IMG/VR virus record: IMGVR_UViG_3300010412_000012
Span: 1 to 62,709 of that record
Length of the DNA: 62,709 nt
Source of the DNA: a virus
Lineage: Duplodnaviria > Caudoviricetes
Reading direction: 5' to 3' (one strand)
Position 1 is the first letter of the stretch; the number at the start of each line of letters is the position of its first letter. A program made the translations under genes and the position numbers. Positions 18,178 to 27,801 of this stretch are shown piece by piece. The notes under the pieces are model-generated. The model had not been told where the DNA came from and ran no database searches. It worked only from the letters and a program-made list of their open reading frames with translations.

Positions 18178-20030
18178 TATTTTGCATCCCCGTATGTAGG
18201 GCCATGACCGGCCTCTGCGTCAATAGGTAAATTACGCGACCACTTCGGTTGCGTCTTCATAATGCCAAGCAAGCCTTGCTCCAACTGAGGAAGCATGGCC
18301 GTAGGGACAACATACACCAATTCGTCGTGCGCTTGAAGGGCTGGGCGCAGACCGAACTGCTGATAGGCTTCACGCATGTGTCCCATAATGATGATGCGTG
18401 CGAGGGCTTGGATCAGGTTCTCCACGAACTTGCCGCCCCACATGGTTCGGCCCTGTCCTGCGAAGTTGTATGACCAGCCCTGATACTTACTGTCTTCGAC
18501 CCACCGGAGGTTCGGGTAGTCGAGCGTCATCCCATTGGGAAGAAGAATCTGGTTGCCCTTGACGGTGGCCGGGCCGATCTGCCGGGACGCACCTTGAGCC
18601 ATCATGCCGATGGTCTCGTCACACAGCCGCCAGAGCGCCGGGATTTCGGGGTACGACATTCTATACACATCTACGTAACGCTGAACCTGTGCGTCCGTTT
18701 CTTTGACGCCCTGAGCACGCAGCGTGGCCTTCAGCTTCTTCCAGCCCATGCCGTAACCGAGGCCGAGGATGCAGGTCTTGCCGATGAAGCGTTCGTGCTG
18801 GTCGGCCTTGGTAATGGTGCGCCCCCAGACCTTCGATGCAAATGCACAGTATGGATCACCACCTGTACGGAACACGTGTAGCAAATCCTGACAGTTGGAG
18901 AGCCATGCGTTCAGTCGGGCTTCGATCTGGGACAGGTCACAGGCAAGGACGGAGTGGCCGGGCGGGGCGCACAGCGCGTAGCGTAGGTGGTACCTGTCTG
19001 TGGCGTTCTGGGGGATGCGTGGGAGGTTCTGACAGTTGATCCTCTCCATCCCCCCGTAACGGCCTGTGTGGGCCGCATAGTACCGTAGAGGGATTCTGAG
19101 GCGCTTGTAGCGCTCGCCTATGGCAAGGAACCTCTCGGCTCGGGTCTCGGCAATCGTGGATTTCACGCCCAATCGTGCAGCCATGATGGGCGCTATGAGG
19201 GGGTCATCGCCGTAGGTGTCTTCGAGTTCCTTCCAGCCTGTGTCGTTCTTGGCGAACGCCCAAGTCGCCTTGCCGGTGGTGGGGCTGATCTTGTACGGAA
19301 CTTCTACCCCCAGACTTTCCAACAGCTGTGCGAATTGTGGGTTAGACGAAAGCTGGGACTTTTTGATATGTGAGGGTAGGGCATCCATGAGCGCCTGTTT
19401 TCGCTCACGAGTCGAGTCTAACACGTGTTGCAGAATGTTGGTATCGAGGACGAACTGTGGCTCGAGGTACATACGCAGCGTGAGGTCGATAATGTCCAGT
19501 TCCTCACGCGGGAACTCGGGGAGCAGATTCCTGAATAGCCAATAGGTACCTTCCACATCCGTTTTGCAATACTCGCCATACTCCACCATTTCTTGCGTCG
19601 AGAGCGATGAACGCCTCCGGCCAGTCATCAAGTGGACAGTTCCCATCTTCGCCCACGGCGAGCCTCTGTGCTTCAGACATGAAGCGAGCGAGATACTCCT
19701 GTGGTACGGTTTTAGGAGGGCTTGAGCCATGCCAAGTGTGTCCAGCAAGCGTGCTGGCATGTGGGTCGGAAAGTAGCATGAGAAGATCAGACCATCGAAT
19801 GCAGTATTGTGACTCAACATAGCCGAGTCGCGTAGTCCAAGGCGACTGAAAAGGGCCGAGTACTCGTCCATTGTGTCGTAGCTGTACCATTGGGCGGGTT
19901 CCTCGTTGACCTTCACGCCGACCATGATGATTTCAAAGCGCGGGTCGTTTACGTAGTCCTGAGTAGACATCTTCGACAGGCTGTAATCCTTGTCGTAATA
20001 CGTCTCCCAATCAAGGGTGATGAGGTTCAT
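18177..20030 (-). CDS. Family A DNA polymerase with 3'-5' exonuclease
   Basis: LDWET and HNTAFD (exonuclease); HTGR; DLSQIEAR (motif A); RFIGKTCILGLGYG (motif B); HDE (motif C). Start at ATG 20030 by ATGA overlap. Confidence 0.95.
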   Translation of the reverse strand: MNLITLDWETYYDKDYSLSKMSTQDYVNDPRFEIIMVGVKVNEEPAQWYSYDTMDEYSALFSRLGLRDSAMLSHNTAFDGLIFSCYFPTHMPARLLDTLGMAQALLKPYHRSISLASCLKHRGSPWAKMGTVHLMTGRRRSSLSTQEMVEYGEYCKTDVEGTYWLFRNLLPEFPREELDIIDLTLRMYLEPQFVLDTNILQHVLDSTRERKQALMDALPSHIKKSQLSSNPQFAQLLESLGVEVPYKISPTTGKATWAFAKNDTGWKELEDTYGDDPLIAPIMAARLGVKSTIAETRAERFLAIGERYKRLRIPLRYYAAHTGRYGGMERINCQNLPRIPQNATDRYHLRYALCAPPGHSVLACDLSQIEARLNAWLSNCQDLLHVFRTGGDPYCAFASKVWGRTITKADQHERFIGKTCILGLGYGMGWKKLKATLRAQGVKETDAQVQRYVDVYRMSYPEIPALWRLCDETIGMMAQGASRQIGPATVKGNQILLPNGMTLDYPNLRWVEDSKYQGWSYNFAGQGRTMWGGKFVENLIQALARIIIMGHMREAYQQFGLRPALQAHDELVYVVPTAMLPQLEQGLLGIMKTQPKWSRNLPIDAEAGHGPTYGDAK

Positions 20031-20101
20031 CCTAGCAACCATATTAGAAGCAGGAAGAACACGAGCACAATTAGTGTTGTCCATCTGCGTAGGAAGTTCA
20101 T
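20027..20101 (-). CDS. 24-aa single-TM micropeptide
   Basis: MNFLRRWTTLIVLVFFLLLIWLLG; ATGA overlaps at both ends. Confidence 0.5.
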   Translation of the reverse strand: MNFLRRWTTLIVLVFFLLLIWLLG

Positions 20102-20739
20102 TTGAGGTATTTGTCTATCAGCTGTTGGTAGAGTGAGGGTTTCGGGGGTGGCGCAGCGGGTGTACCTTGGATGCTGGAAGTACTTGCTGATGATAACGCC
20201 TGCCCCTGAGCCGCCGCTGCCGCCTGACCAGTGAACGTGATGGTCGGGCTTGTCACACCTGTGTGAGTCGGGTACGTGACAGTCCCGGTGTTGGTAATCC
20301 ACTGTGGAGTGTTCATCAGCTGGTTGTATTGACTGTGCTGGTACTTCTTCATCAGTTCTTCCAGCTGTTCACGGTGTATCTCGGCAGCTGACTTGGGTGC
20401 TTCTGGTCGTGGTGTTACCAAGTCGAAGTCACAGTCAGGGTTCTGGCATTGGAGAGACACCCACTCGCCGGGCTTGTTCTCCAACCCGTTGTCGGTTTCT
20501 TCGATCCACAACTGGTGTACCAAGAGCAAACCTTTCTTCTCGTCCTTGGTGAGACACTGGCGGCAGAAGATGGTCTGGTGCTGACGCTCGTAACGTGCCA
20601 GCGAGTTTAGATCACGTGCTCTGAAAGGGGTGAGGTAATGCGAGCGAAAGGCATCAGGATTGAATACGCCTTCCTGCATTTCGGGGTGGACTTTGGCAAC
20701 AAGTTCGATGACCTCTTGCCGAACTTCATCAAGTTCCAT
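20098..20739 (-). CDS. Hypothetical protein with two Cys pairs and a Gln/Thr/Ala-rich tail
   Basis: CRQC and CQNPDC; first gene after the promoter at 20772-20800. Confidence 0.65.
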   Translation of the reverse strand: MELDEVRQEVIELVAKVHPEMQEGVFNPDAFRSHYLTPFRARDLNSLARYERQHQTIFCRQCLTKDEKKGLLLVHQLWIEETDNGLENKPGEWVSLQCQNPDCDFDLVTPRPEAPKSAAEIHREQLEELMKKYQHSQYNQLMNTPQWITNTGTVTYPTHTGVTSPTITFTGQAAAAAQGQALSSASTSSIQGTPAAPPPKPSLYQQLIDKYLK

Positions 20740-20771
20740 TTCATCGCCTTAATTAGTTTGGTAGATGACCG

Positions 20772-20800
20772 AAACTATCAGATGACAAGTTGCTCGTCAA
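20772..20800 (-). promoter_or_regulatory. Sigma70-like promoter for the replication genes
   Basis: TTGACG-17 nt-TAGTTT immediately after the terminator. Confidence 0.6.
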
Positions 20801-20803
20801 GAC

Positions 20804-20834
20804 AAAAAAAGGGGCCAGCCCGAAGGCCAGCCCC
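20804..20834 (-). terminator. Rho-independent terminator
   Basis: GGGGCTGGCC-TTCG-GGCTGGCCCC followed by T7. Confidence 0.85.
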
Positions 20835-20855
20835 ATGTCACACAGTGTGTGAGTT

Positions 20856-21575
20856 TTAATGATCGGGATACAGTCTGTCGTTCTCCAAGTTGTCCATGAC
20901 TGCAATAGTTAAAAGGACTTGGTTGATTTCTTCCATGTCAGGCAGATGCTTAAACTGCTCTAAGGTTTCCTCACTCCAACCAGTAGGCATTGCAGAGCGT
21001 AACTTCTGTGCCGCCATTCGGTCGGTGTATTTCTTTTCAACCAAGGACGCGAACTCGGGCCACGCACGATACAACTGACCGGGAGTGTTCACTGAGTTGA
21101 TGGTCAGGTATTCCCCATCAGCCTTCTTGAGTCTCCCGCTACCCCACACTAACGCATGTGCGTAGCTGTCGAACCGAGACTGCCAAGCGCAAAGCTGACG
21201 GTCTCTGACAACCCACGCGAGTAACTTTGTGCGTAGTTCAGGGTCGGTGATCTGCGTGTCCTCAATCTCCACTTCGGGGTACGGGAAAGAATCGTACCGT
21301 GATCCGAAGTGAAGTTTGATTCTCGGGTTCCTCGGCAAGTACTCACGCTTCTCTGATAGCGACGGACACTTGATGGACATGCTGTTGCAATGGTTGAGCG
21401 CCTTCCTTGGCGCAATCAACTCCATTGCCTCACGTTCCTCACGTGACCATGCAAACCAGTAGTAGTCCTTGGGGTCAAGAGTGTTCGCGTGCATCGTGTG
21501 ACGATACCTTGTGAACATCTGTCGCCCTTTGTTCAGCATGAACGACCTGCCGGATTGTGACAGCCGGTTACTCAT
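20856..21575 (-). CDS. Hypothetical protein, possibly Nmad5-like
   Basis: SVNTPGQLYRAWPEF resembles the T..qL...WPE motif. Confidence 0.5.
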   Translation of the reverse strand: MSNRLSQSGRSFMLNKGRQMFTRYRHTMHANTLDPKDYYWFAWSREEREAMELIAPRKALNHCNSMSIKCPSLSEKREYLPRNPRIKLHFGSRYDSFPYPEVEIEDTQITDPELRTKLLAWVVRDRQLCAWQSRFDSYAHALVWGSGRLKKADGEYLTINSVNTPGQLYRAWPEFASLVEKKYTDRMAAQKLRSAMPTGWSEETLEQFKHLPDMEEINQVLLTIAVMDNLENDRLYPDH

Positions 21576-22758
21576 CGTCCAGTTCTACGAAGATGGTCTC
21601 ACCAATAGGTGACTCCATCCCCTCACTGGTCGAACACCAGATGGTGTGATAGCCGGGGTCTTCGGGGAAGTCGCCATACATGTCTGTGAAGTAAACCACA
21701 CAGTCAGGACGAATCCCCTGTTCCTCAATCCACTCGAAAGGCGGCACAAAACTCGTCCCTCCTCCCCCGCCTAACGGTGGCGGGTTGTCCTTGAGTGAAT
21801 CACCGGCATACAACTCGTGAACCGAATTGATACGAGCATCGCAGCCTATCAGGGTTACGGCTTTCGGGGTGCAGTCGAGCAAGATGTTGTCGCACTCTCC
21901 GAGACCCTGTGCCATTTCCTTCTGCGACATAGAGCCTGAAGTGTCCACGACGAACACGATGTGACCAGCAGCGAAGCCGGTGTAGCTAGGCATGACGACG
22001 CCTTGTGATAACAACCGACGACGATGGGGTCGAGTCCACGTAGTAGCCTCTCGCCCTGCCACCTTCTGCATAGACTTACGCAACTTCTCAGTCCATGCGA
22101 CCTTCGGTTCAAGTACCTCATCCACGAACCGTTGCAGGTCAGCAGGTAACTTACCCTGCGCCTTGGCAGCATCAGCAGCACTTGCAATCACACGTTTCAT
22201 TTCGGCCTCGGTCACTTGAGCACTAGCGGGGATATGCTCGTCAAGCGTACCACCTGTGCCATGCCCCGGCCCATCCCCATCATCGGGATCGTCACGTAGC
22301 TTGCGGTAAACATCGTCTGCCATATCCTGCGAAGTGAACCGGGACGGATCATGCAGGACATTGGAAGGCATCTTGCCGATGTTACAGTTGTGCAGCATAT
22401 CGTTGATGATGTAGTCACCGGCTCGGTTCCATCTACCGTGGTCAAACGGTTCACCGTCGAAGCCCGTGTCCTGATACTGCTTGGCACGAGGCATGTGCAT
22501 CCAGATCGCATGACCAATCTCGTGACACATGACGAAGACACGTTCGGGTAGCGTCAGCTTCTCAAAGAAGTCAACGTCGAACCAGATGTTCTTCCCATCG
22601 GTTGCTGCGGTTTCGTTTCCCTTCATGTGCGGGGGAAACACATTGTCGAACTTGCCGACCTTGATACGCATGTGGTCAAGCATGATCGACGCGAAGAACG
22701 GTACATGCAAAAGCATCGCCGTTTTGACTTCCGTCAGTTTCGTGTTTTCTTCACTCAC
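21568..22758 (-). CDS. DUF2201-type metallopeptidase plus vWA domain protein
   Basis: TAATDG, HEIGH, N.AGD..IN; MIDAS motif DTSGS, GGGGTSF, YFTD. Confidence 0.85.
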   Translation of the reverse strand: MSEENTKLTEVKTAMLLHVPFFASIMLDHMRIKVGKFDNVFPPHMKGNETAATDGKNIWFDVDFFEKLTLPERVFVMCHEIGHAIWMHMPRAKQYQDTGFDGEPFDHGRWNRAGDYIINDMLHNCNIGKMPSNVLHDPSRFTSQDMADDVYRKLRDDPDDGDGPGHGTGGTLDEHIPASAQVTEAEMKRVIASAADAAKAQGKLPADLQRFVDEVLEPKVAWTEKLRKSMQKVAGREATTWTRPHRRRLLSQGVVMPSYTGFAAGHIVFVVDTSGSMSQKEMAQGLGECDNILLDCTPKAVTLIGCDARINSVHELYAGDSLKDNPPPLGGGGGTSFVPPFEWIEEQGIRPDCVVYFTDMYGDFPEDPGYHTIWCSTSEGMESPIGETIFVELDDE

Positions 22759-23353
22759 GATGATATTTCTCCTTCATTGAGTCGTATGGAACACGGACTA
22801 CGGCATTGTCCGGTAGCAGTTTATCTGCTAGACGGGCGCGAGCCTTAGCCCACGGTTCCATGTGTTCGTCAATCACCTGTCGTAATTCTGTCAGGTGTGA
22901 CTTCATCGGGTTCCAACGGGAATCGACTGCGATACGCACTACGTTCGCACCATAGGTACTCAGGTCACGTGCGTTGAACTTCTCAGTCATTACCAGCTGG
23001 GCTTCCATGTGCTTCATCAGTTCATCCCGAGCGTTCTCGTCAGGTGTCCAGATTGAACCACGTGTCTTGCCCAGATAGCCCAGCTGAAAATCCACGGTAC
23101 GCAGGATGAGTTGCAGACAGGTGTACCATCGTGAGGACTTGGAGAGCGTGTAGCCTCGACGAATTGCTGTGTCGATAGCCTTACGTTCCTTGTCACTCAG
23201 GTCGCCCATCGTCAACTCGGAATACCCACGTAGCCTGATTGGAACTTCACTGTCACTGTACTTGCCAGAGGGCTGCCTCTTGTACGTGTTCACCCATCTG
23301 TTCCATGCAGGTGTCAGCGCTTCTATTCCATGACTAGGTTTCATCAGTCGCAA
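22751..23353 (-). CDS. Hypothetical protein
   Basis: Overlaps both neighbours in the operon. Confidence 0.6.
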   Translation of the reverse strand: MRLMKPSHGIEALTPAWNRWVNTYKRQPSGKYSDSEVPIRLRGYSELTMGDLSDKERKAIDTAIRRGYTLSKSSRWYTCLQLILRTVDFQLGYLGKTRGSIWTPDENARDELMKHMEAQLVMTEKFNARDLSTYGANVVRIAVDSRWNPMKSHLTELRQVIDEHMEPWAKARARLADKLLPDNAVVRVPYDSMKEKYHRE

Positions 23354-24593
23354 ACTCCTTCATCAGATCGAAGATCACTTCCGCGTCAGCCGCCATCTGC
23401 TTGCGAAGGGCATCGTCTTTCCTAATGTCCTTCACATCGTACATAGTCAGCTTGCGCTCGACCCGGTCGCGTATGTCTTCGATCCGACCATCCTTGGTTA
23501 CATTCAGGTGTTTCAACATCGACGCCTGATCCTTCAGCTTCTCAATCATGGTGTAATGAAAGAGGGCGTCGGGGTTCGAGAGACGCTCGTAGGCGTGCTG
23601 CACAGTTTCGTACAGCCGTTGCCAAGCATCCTGCATCGCGTTCTCGAGCATCGTGCGCGTCCGTTTGTTGAGTGACTCTGCCAACTTCTGCGCTTGCTGT
23701 CCCTGAATACCATCGAAGTCCTGCCCCTTGGGGATAGGCTGGAAGTCGAAGTCCAGACCGAAGTGCTGTCGGATCACAGCAGCGTCAGGATAGTCAGCAG
23801 CGTTGTACGCGCTACCGAGTTTCCTTTGTGCTGCAACAAGATCGCTGCCGTACCCTTGAACGAACTCGTTGAGCGCCGCATCAGTCTCAGCCTTGGCGTT
23901 TGCCACCGCTGTCGTGTACTCCATGAACAGCGTATTAGGCAGCAGCCTCGGGCCTGCGCGCTTCCCGGTTTCGTTGATCCCAACTACCGACCAAGGCAAG
24001 GTCATTGCGTAGTGGGCAGTACGTGCAGCGTCAATGCACTTGTGAACCTTCTTGAGCCTTTCGTCAGCACCGGCAAGCAGGAACTTGTGAGTCTCGAAAG
24101 CAGCAGCGTCGGCACCAGCCGCAGTCGCCGCATCCTTACTCGCTTTACGATCCTTGATCTTACCGTGCCACCGAGCAGTCCGAAGTGTAACAAGTGTACC
24201 GAACTGACGAATGTCGATCTGATCCATAATGTCCTCATCCGTGAAGGTTGGAATGGGCACCGTATCGGCACCCGTTCCCTTTGAGAACATCTGTGTGGAA
24301 GGCTCTGGACTCACACACTGTGTGACATCCTCGACCTCCGGCTCAGGCTCGGGTTCGGGTTCCTCCACTTCCTCCCCCGCAGCACTAGCAATCAGTGCTT
24401 CAATGTCGTCAACAACTGGTTCGTTCACCAAGTCGTCGGCGGTGATAACGGCCTCGTCTTCCTCGGGTTCCGGGGTTGACACAGCCTCCAATGCCTCGTT
24501 GATTTGCTCGTCGGCAATCTCGTTAGGCGTTTGCTCCTCGTCTGCCAGCACGCTGTCCAGTAAGGAACTAATGTCGTCAAATGATGTTCCCAT
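23334..24593 (-). CDS. Helical protein (DUF3150-like) with a long acidic N-terminal extension
   Basis: About 120 Asp/Glu/Pro-rich residues, then a helical domain with TLPW..G.R.LPN and YP motifs. Confidence 0.6.
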   Translation of the reverse strand: MGTSFDDISSLLDSVLADEEQTPNEIADEQINEALEAVSTPEPEEDEAVITADDLVNEPVVDDIEALIASAAGEEVEEPEPEPEPEVEDVTQCVSPEPSTQMFSKGTGADTVPIPTFTDEDIMDQIDIRQFGTLVTLRTARWHGKIKDRKASKDAATAAGADAAAFETHKFLLAGADERLKKVHKCIDAARTAHYAMTLPWSVVGINETGKRAGPRLLPNTLFMEYTTAVANAKAETDAALNEFVQGYGSDLVAAQRKLGSAYNAADYPDAAVIRQHFGLDFDFQPIPKGQDFDGIQGQQAQKLAESLNKRTRTMLENAMQDAWQRLYETVQHAYERLSNPDALFHYTMIEKLKDQASMLKHLNVTKDGRIEDIRDRVERKLTMYDVKDIRKDDALRKQMAADAEVIFDLMKEFATDET

Positions 24594-24594
24594 C

Positions 24595-25674
24595 TTACAT
24601 ACCTCGCTTCGGGTCGATCAGGTTCGCCGCTACCAAAAGGTCTTGATTCTGGCGCAACCAACCGGCGAACTTCTTTGATTGCACAAGTGATGGGCCGGTC
24701 TTACGCATGGCCGCTTTGATTCCCGACACCTGAAACTCACGTGGCATACGCTTCAGGTAATCGAACGCAGGCTCAGCAGTATCTCCGTCCACACGATGAG
24801 CAATCATCTGCGTGGCAGCATACTGTGCGTCAGGCCGATCTTTGTCAGGCAGTTTGCACTTCATCGGATTGTTCACAATGTCCATGAAGTCAGGCAGCTG
24901 CTCCACTACCCGCATGAACGATACGAACTGTGCCGTAGTACCTTCACCGATTGCACCCGCGCAGAGTTCGATGAACTGGGACTCATCGAAGTAGTCTCCA
25001 ATCAGGTGTGACACCTTGCAGAACGAGCGTGGCGTGCAGAACGGCCCCGGCTTCTCAGGCACCTTGTCCTGAAAGATCAGTCCCGGCTGGCTCTTGGCGA
25101 ACGCAATCGCAGCCCAATGGATGTTGCCCTCTTGCTCCGCCCATTCGACCCACGAGTCCAAGTGCGGCTCGACCTTGAGTTCGATACGCCTGTTCTCAAT
25201 GAACGCCAGTGAGCGTTGGACACCAGACCGATCCGATTCCCGGTTCGATGCAGCTACCACCATGTACTCAATCGGTAGCTTCGAGTCACCGACCTGTCCT
25301 GCGTTGAGCAGTTCGGCAGATGGTTTCTGTACATCGTGACCAGACTGACGGTACTCATCCAAGAAGATGAATCCCGCCGCAGCATCACCCTCCCTTGGCA
25401 TCCACGGTGCCTTGGTGAACCACATTTCACGTGCTTCAAGGTCAGGACACCCATAGCCTCTTACGTCAGGTGCTTCAACGGTAGACAGGAAGAACTTCTT
25501 AACTGTGAAGTCGTCCAGACTCCATTGCTTCTGGATCATGCGTCCTGCTTGCTCGACGCACATGGACTTGCCAAGGCCCGGCCCGGATACCAACTCGACA
25601 GAGAACCTTTCACCTGTCTCAACTTGACGCTTCCACAGTTGGCTCAGCGTCGGGATTACTTGATTCAAAAACAT
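24595..25674 (-). CDS. MoxR-like AAA+ ATPase
   Basis: GPGLGKS, IFLDEY, AASNR..D, NR, TPRS motifs. Confidence 0.85.
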   Translation of the reverse strand: MFLNQVIPTLSQLWKRQVETGERFSVELVSGPGLGKSMCVEQAGRMIQKQWSLDDFTVKKFFLSTVEAPDVRGYGCPDLEAREMWFTKAPWMPREGDAAAGFIFLDEYRQSGHDVQKPSAELLNAGQVGDSKLPIEYMVVAASNRESDRSGVQRSLAFIENRRIELKVEPHLDSWVEWAEQEGNIHWAAIAFAKSQPGLIFQDKVPEKPGPFCTPRSFCKVSHLIGDYFDESQFIELCAGAIGEGTTAQFVSFMRVVEQLPDFMDIVNNPMKCKLPDKDRPDAQYAATQMIAHRVDGDTAEPAFDYLKRMPREFQVSGIKAAMRKTGPSLVQSKKFAGWLRQNQDLLVAANLIDPKRGM

Positions 25675-25677
25675 GAT

Positions 25678-26190
25678 TCATACCTCTATGTGTCGTACTT
25701 GAAAGAAAGGCACGCCCGAAGTACGTGCTATGATGTTAGCCATTGGTGTTGCCGTAAGTGTTGGCCGGTCACTGTACGGTAGTGCATAAATCATTCCGGT
25801 GAATTCGCGCACCATACGAATCCACGCAGCTGTCGTGAGACACTCATCGTCCGTGTCATACCGATCACGTAAGACGATACAGATTTGCTCCTCGTCACTC
25901 GTCTTGTAACAGAATGGTAGATAGCCTTCGGGGTGACTGGCCTCGGCTTTCAGTTTGTTCCACTCTGGTAGGGTGCAGGGGTCAGCAAAGCAGAACTCCT
26001 GCGCTTCGTGTTGCTCTCGGGTCATGTCAGGAAACAAAAGCATCGTGTTCTCCATCATGTGTTTGAGACCATCGAGTTGCCAGTAGACATCACGCAGAAT
26101 GTTCTCCATGGCTTTCTTGGAATAGTGGCTCCAATTTTTGCCAATCCTGCTCTGCATTCTGTGTACCTTGTCGATGTAGTCAGGGAACAC
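25678..26190 (-). CDS. Hypothetical early protein
   Basis: 170-aa ORF tiled in the operon. Confidence 0.6.
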   Translation of the reverse strand: MFPDYIDKVHRMQSRIGKNWSHYSKKAMENILRDVYWQLDGLKHMMENTMLLFPDMTREQHEAQEFCFADPCTLPEWNKLKAEASHPEGYLPFCYKTSDEEQICIVLRDRYDTDDECLTTAAWIRMVREFTGMIYALPYSDRPTLTATPMANIIARTSGVPFFQVRHIEV

Positions 26191-26383
26191 GGCGTTTTAT
26201 TTCAGCGAGTACGTCACGCATTGATTCATATTCAACCTTGCCCCAATGCTCGTTCTCGCCCCTCTCACACATTTCCAGATCACCGTCTAGCAACTCAAAC
26301 AGTTCCTCTGTTGGTAACTTGCTAAGAGACACGATGTGGTTTCCTCCCTTTGCTGCTACGTCCCGATGCGCCACGCTTCTCAT
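26180..26383 (-). CDS. Hypothetical early protein (true start probably near 26330)
   Basis: Tiled ORF. Confidence 0.45.
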   Translation of the reverse strand: MRSVAHRDVAAKGGNHIVSLSKLPTEELFELLDGDLEMCERGENEHWGKVEYESMRDVLAEIKRRVP

Positions 26384-26546
26384 GCTTGCGGCGTGCGGGG
26401 GCGCTGATAACGGCTTGCCTCTTTGCCAGTTCAGCCCTACGCATCTTACGGTTAGGCGCGACGGGCAAGTGTGCCTCGCTCATCGCATGTGACGACCCCA
26501 AGAAGAAGTCGGTGAATGTCTTTACTGCGCTACGGAATCGAGCCAT
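26322..26546 (-). CDS. Basic hypothetical protein
   Basis: TAATG coupling; PNRKMRR motif. Confidence 0.55.
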   Translation of the reverse strand: MARFRSAVKTFTDFFLGSSHAMSEAHLPVAPNRKMRRAELAKRQAVISAPARRKHEKRGASGRSSKGRKPHRVS

Positions 26547-26905
26547 TAGTAAATCTCCCTTGCATCTGTTACACAGTCCCACCTGTCCCCGCCGATACGA
26601 CGTTCGACAACTGCGACACCTTCCTCACACATGTGTGAGTCCTCATCCTGATTCAGCGGGTAGCGATCAAAGTTGTCGCTACTGTCACACCACAGAATCC
26701 CACGCTTGTCGCGTGCCTTCCAATACCCATCAGCACACTGATAGGCAGCTATCCTCTCCGGGTTTCCATCACTGTGTGCAGTAATGGTGGGTACCTTGTA
26801 CCTCTCTGCCGTAATCGAACAGCCTTGCAGCATGGCAGTTACCGCGAGACCGATAATCATAAAGATCAGGAACAGGAGTTCCGCTACCTTGTCATTCCGT
26901 TTCAT
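26546..26905 (-). CDS. Putative lipoprotein
   Basis: MKRNDK, hydrophobic stretch, LQG-C lipobox; four further Cys; GGAGG SD. Confidence 0.6.
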   Translation of the reverse strand: MKRNDKVAELLFLIFMIIGLAVTAMLQGCSITAERYKVPTITAHSDGNPERIAAYQCADGYWKARDKRGILWCDSSDNFDRYPLNQDEDSHMCEEGVAVVERRIGGDRWDCVTDAREIY

Positions 26906-27128
26906 CTTCAACCTCCACATGCCTGATACAGTCCCATAGTTCACGTGTCTCGTCAGGCGCGAAACAGTGGGATATGTCGGGGCCATGTCGGTATGTCACA
27001 CTTGTGTGAGTCTCAGCCTTTGCCTCCTGCCAGAACAGAATCGCTCCGACCATGTAGGCAGCAGCCAGAGACACAAGCGCGATGATAACGAGCACGACTA
27101 TGAAGTCAGGTGATGGACGGTACCTCAT
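26892..27128 (-). CDS. Small membrane or exported protein
   Basis: N-terminal hydrophobic helix ending AKA. Confidence 0.55.
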   Translation of the reverse strand: MRYRPSPDFIVVLVIIALVSLAAAYMVGAILFWQEAKAETHTSVTYRHGPDISHCFAPDETRELWDCIRHVEVEDETE

Positions 27129-27307
27129 GCCGCACCTGCCTCGCGCAGTCGCTCAACCATACGGTCAACCTCCATGCGCTTGCCAATGTACTGTCTATAC
27201 AGGCGTTCGTATCTCTGACAAATGTCCTCGTAGTGACGGACGCGCACGAACCCGAGACGATACATCAACATATCGAACAGGCTCTCTCTAAACTCTCGCT
27301 TGCTCAT
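27125..27307 (-). CDS. Hypothetical protein
   Basis: ATGA overlaps at both ends; GAGGAGG SD. Confidence 0.6.
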   Translation of the reverse strand: MSKREFRESLFDMLMYRLGFVRVRHYEDICQRYERLYRQYIGKRMEVDRMVERLREAGAA

Positions 27308-27801
27308 CTTATCTTCACCTCCTCGCCAAGCAGGATTGCTTGACGTTCGTTAATACCCATCTTCTGTGGATAGAACCTAGCGACGAATGATGGGTAGTAG
27401 TCGTCGCTATAGTCTGTGCCGAATTCCAACACCGGCTTTGCTGTTGCAGTTGAGATCAGCTGTACTATTTCACACCTGTCCTCTTGGTAACGGTCGTCGA
27501 ACTGGTAGTCAATCAGTTCCGATTGCTTTTGTGCGTGGTGTCCTATTACCTCCTCTGCCGGTTGCCATACGTGCAACGGCATTTGATTTACCACAATGAT
27601 GTCCTCCATCATTGAACGGTAGCCATCGTTCGGGTCTTCCTGCACACGATAGATCACACCGTCCAACATGAAGTACATGTAGTCCACAGGCTGATCCTTC
27701 CATATCTTATCGGGTGGGTCTGCTTCCGCTTCGGTGAACCATACACCTGAAAGCAAACCCATCCGATTGTGGAAGTGTTCGAGCCTTAGTTGTCTTTCCA
27801 T
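27304..27801 (-). CDS. Phage hypothetical protein
   Basis: EDPNDGYRS and GTDYSDDYYP motifs. Confidence 0.7.
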   Translation of the reverse strand: MERQLRLEHFHNRMGLLSGVWFTEAEADPPDKIWKDQPVDYMYFMLDGVIYRVQEDPNDGYRSMMEDIIVVNQMPLHVWQPAEEVIGHHAQKQSELIDYQFDDRYQEDRCEIVQLISTATAKPVLEFGTDYSDDYYPSFVARFYPQKMGINERQAILLGEEVKIR

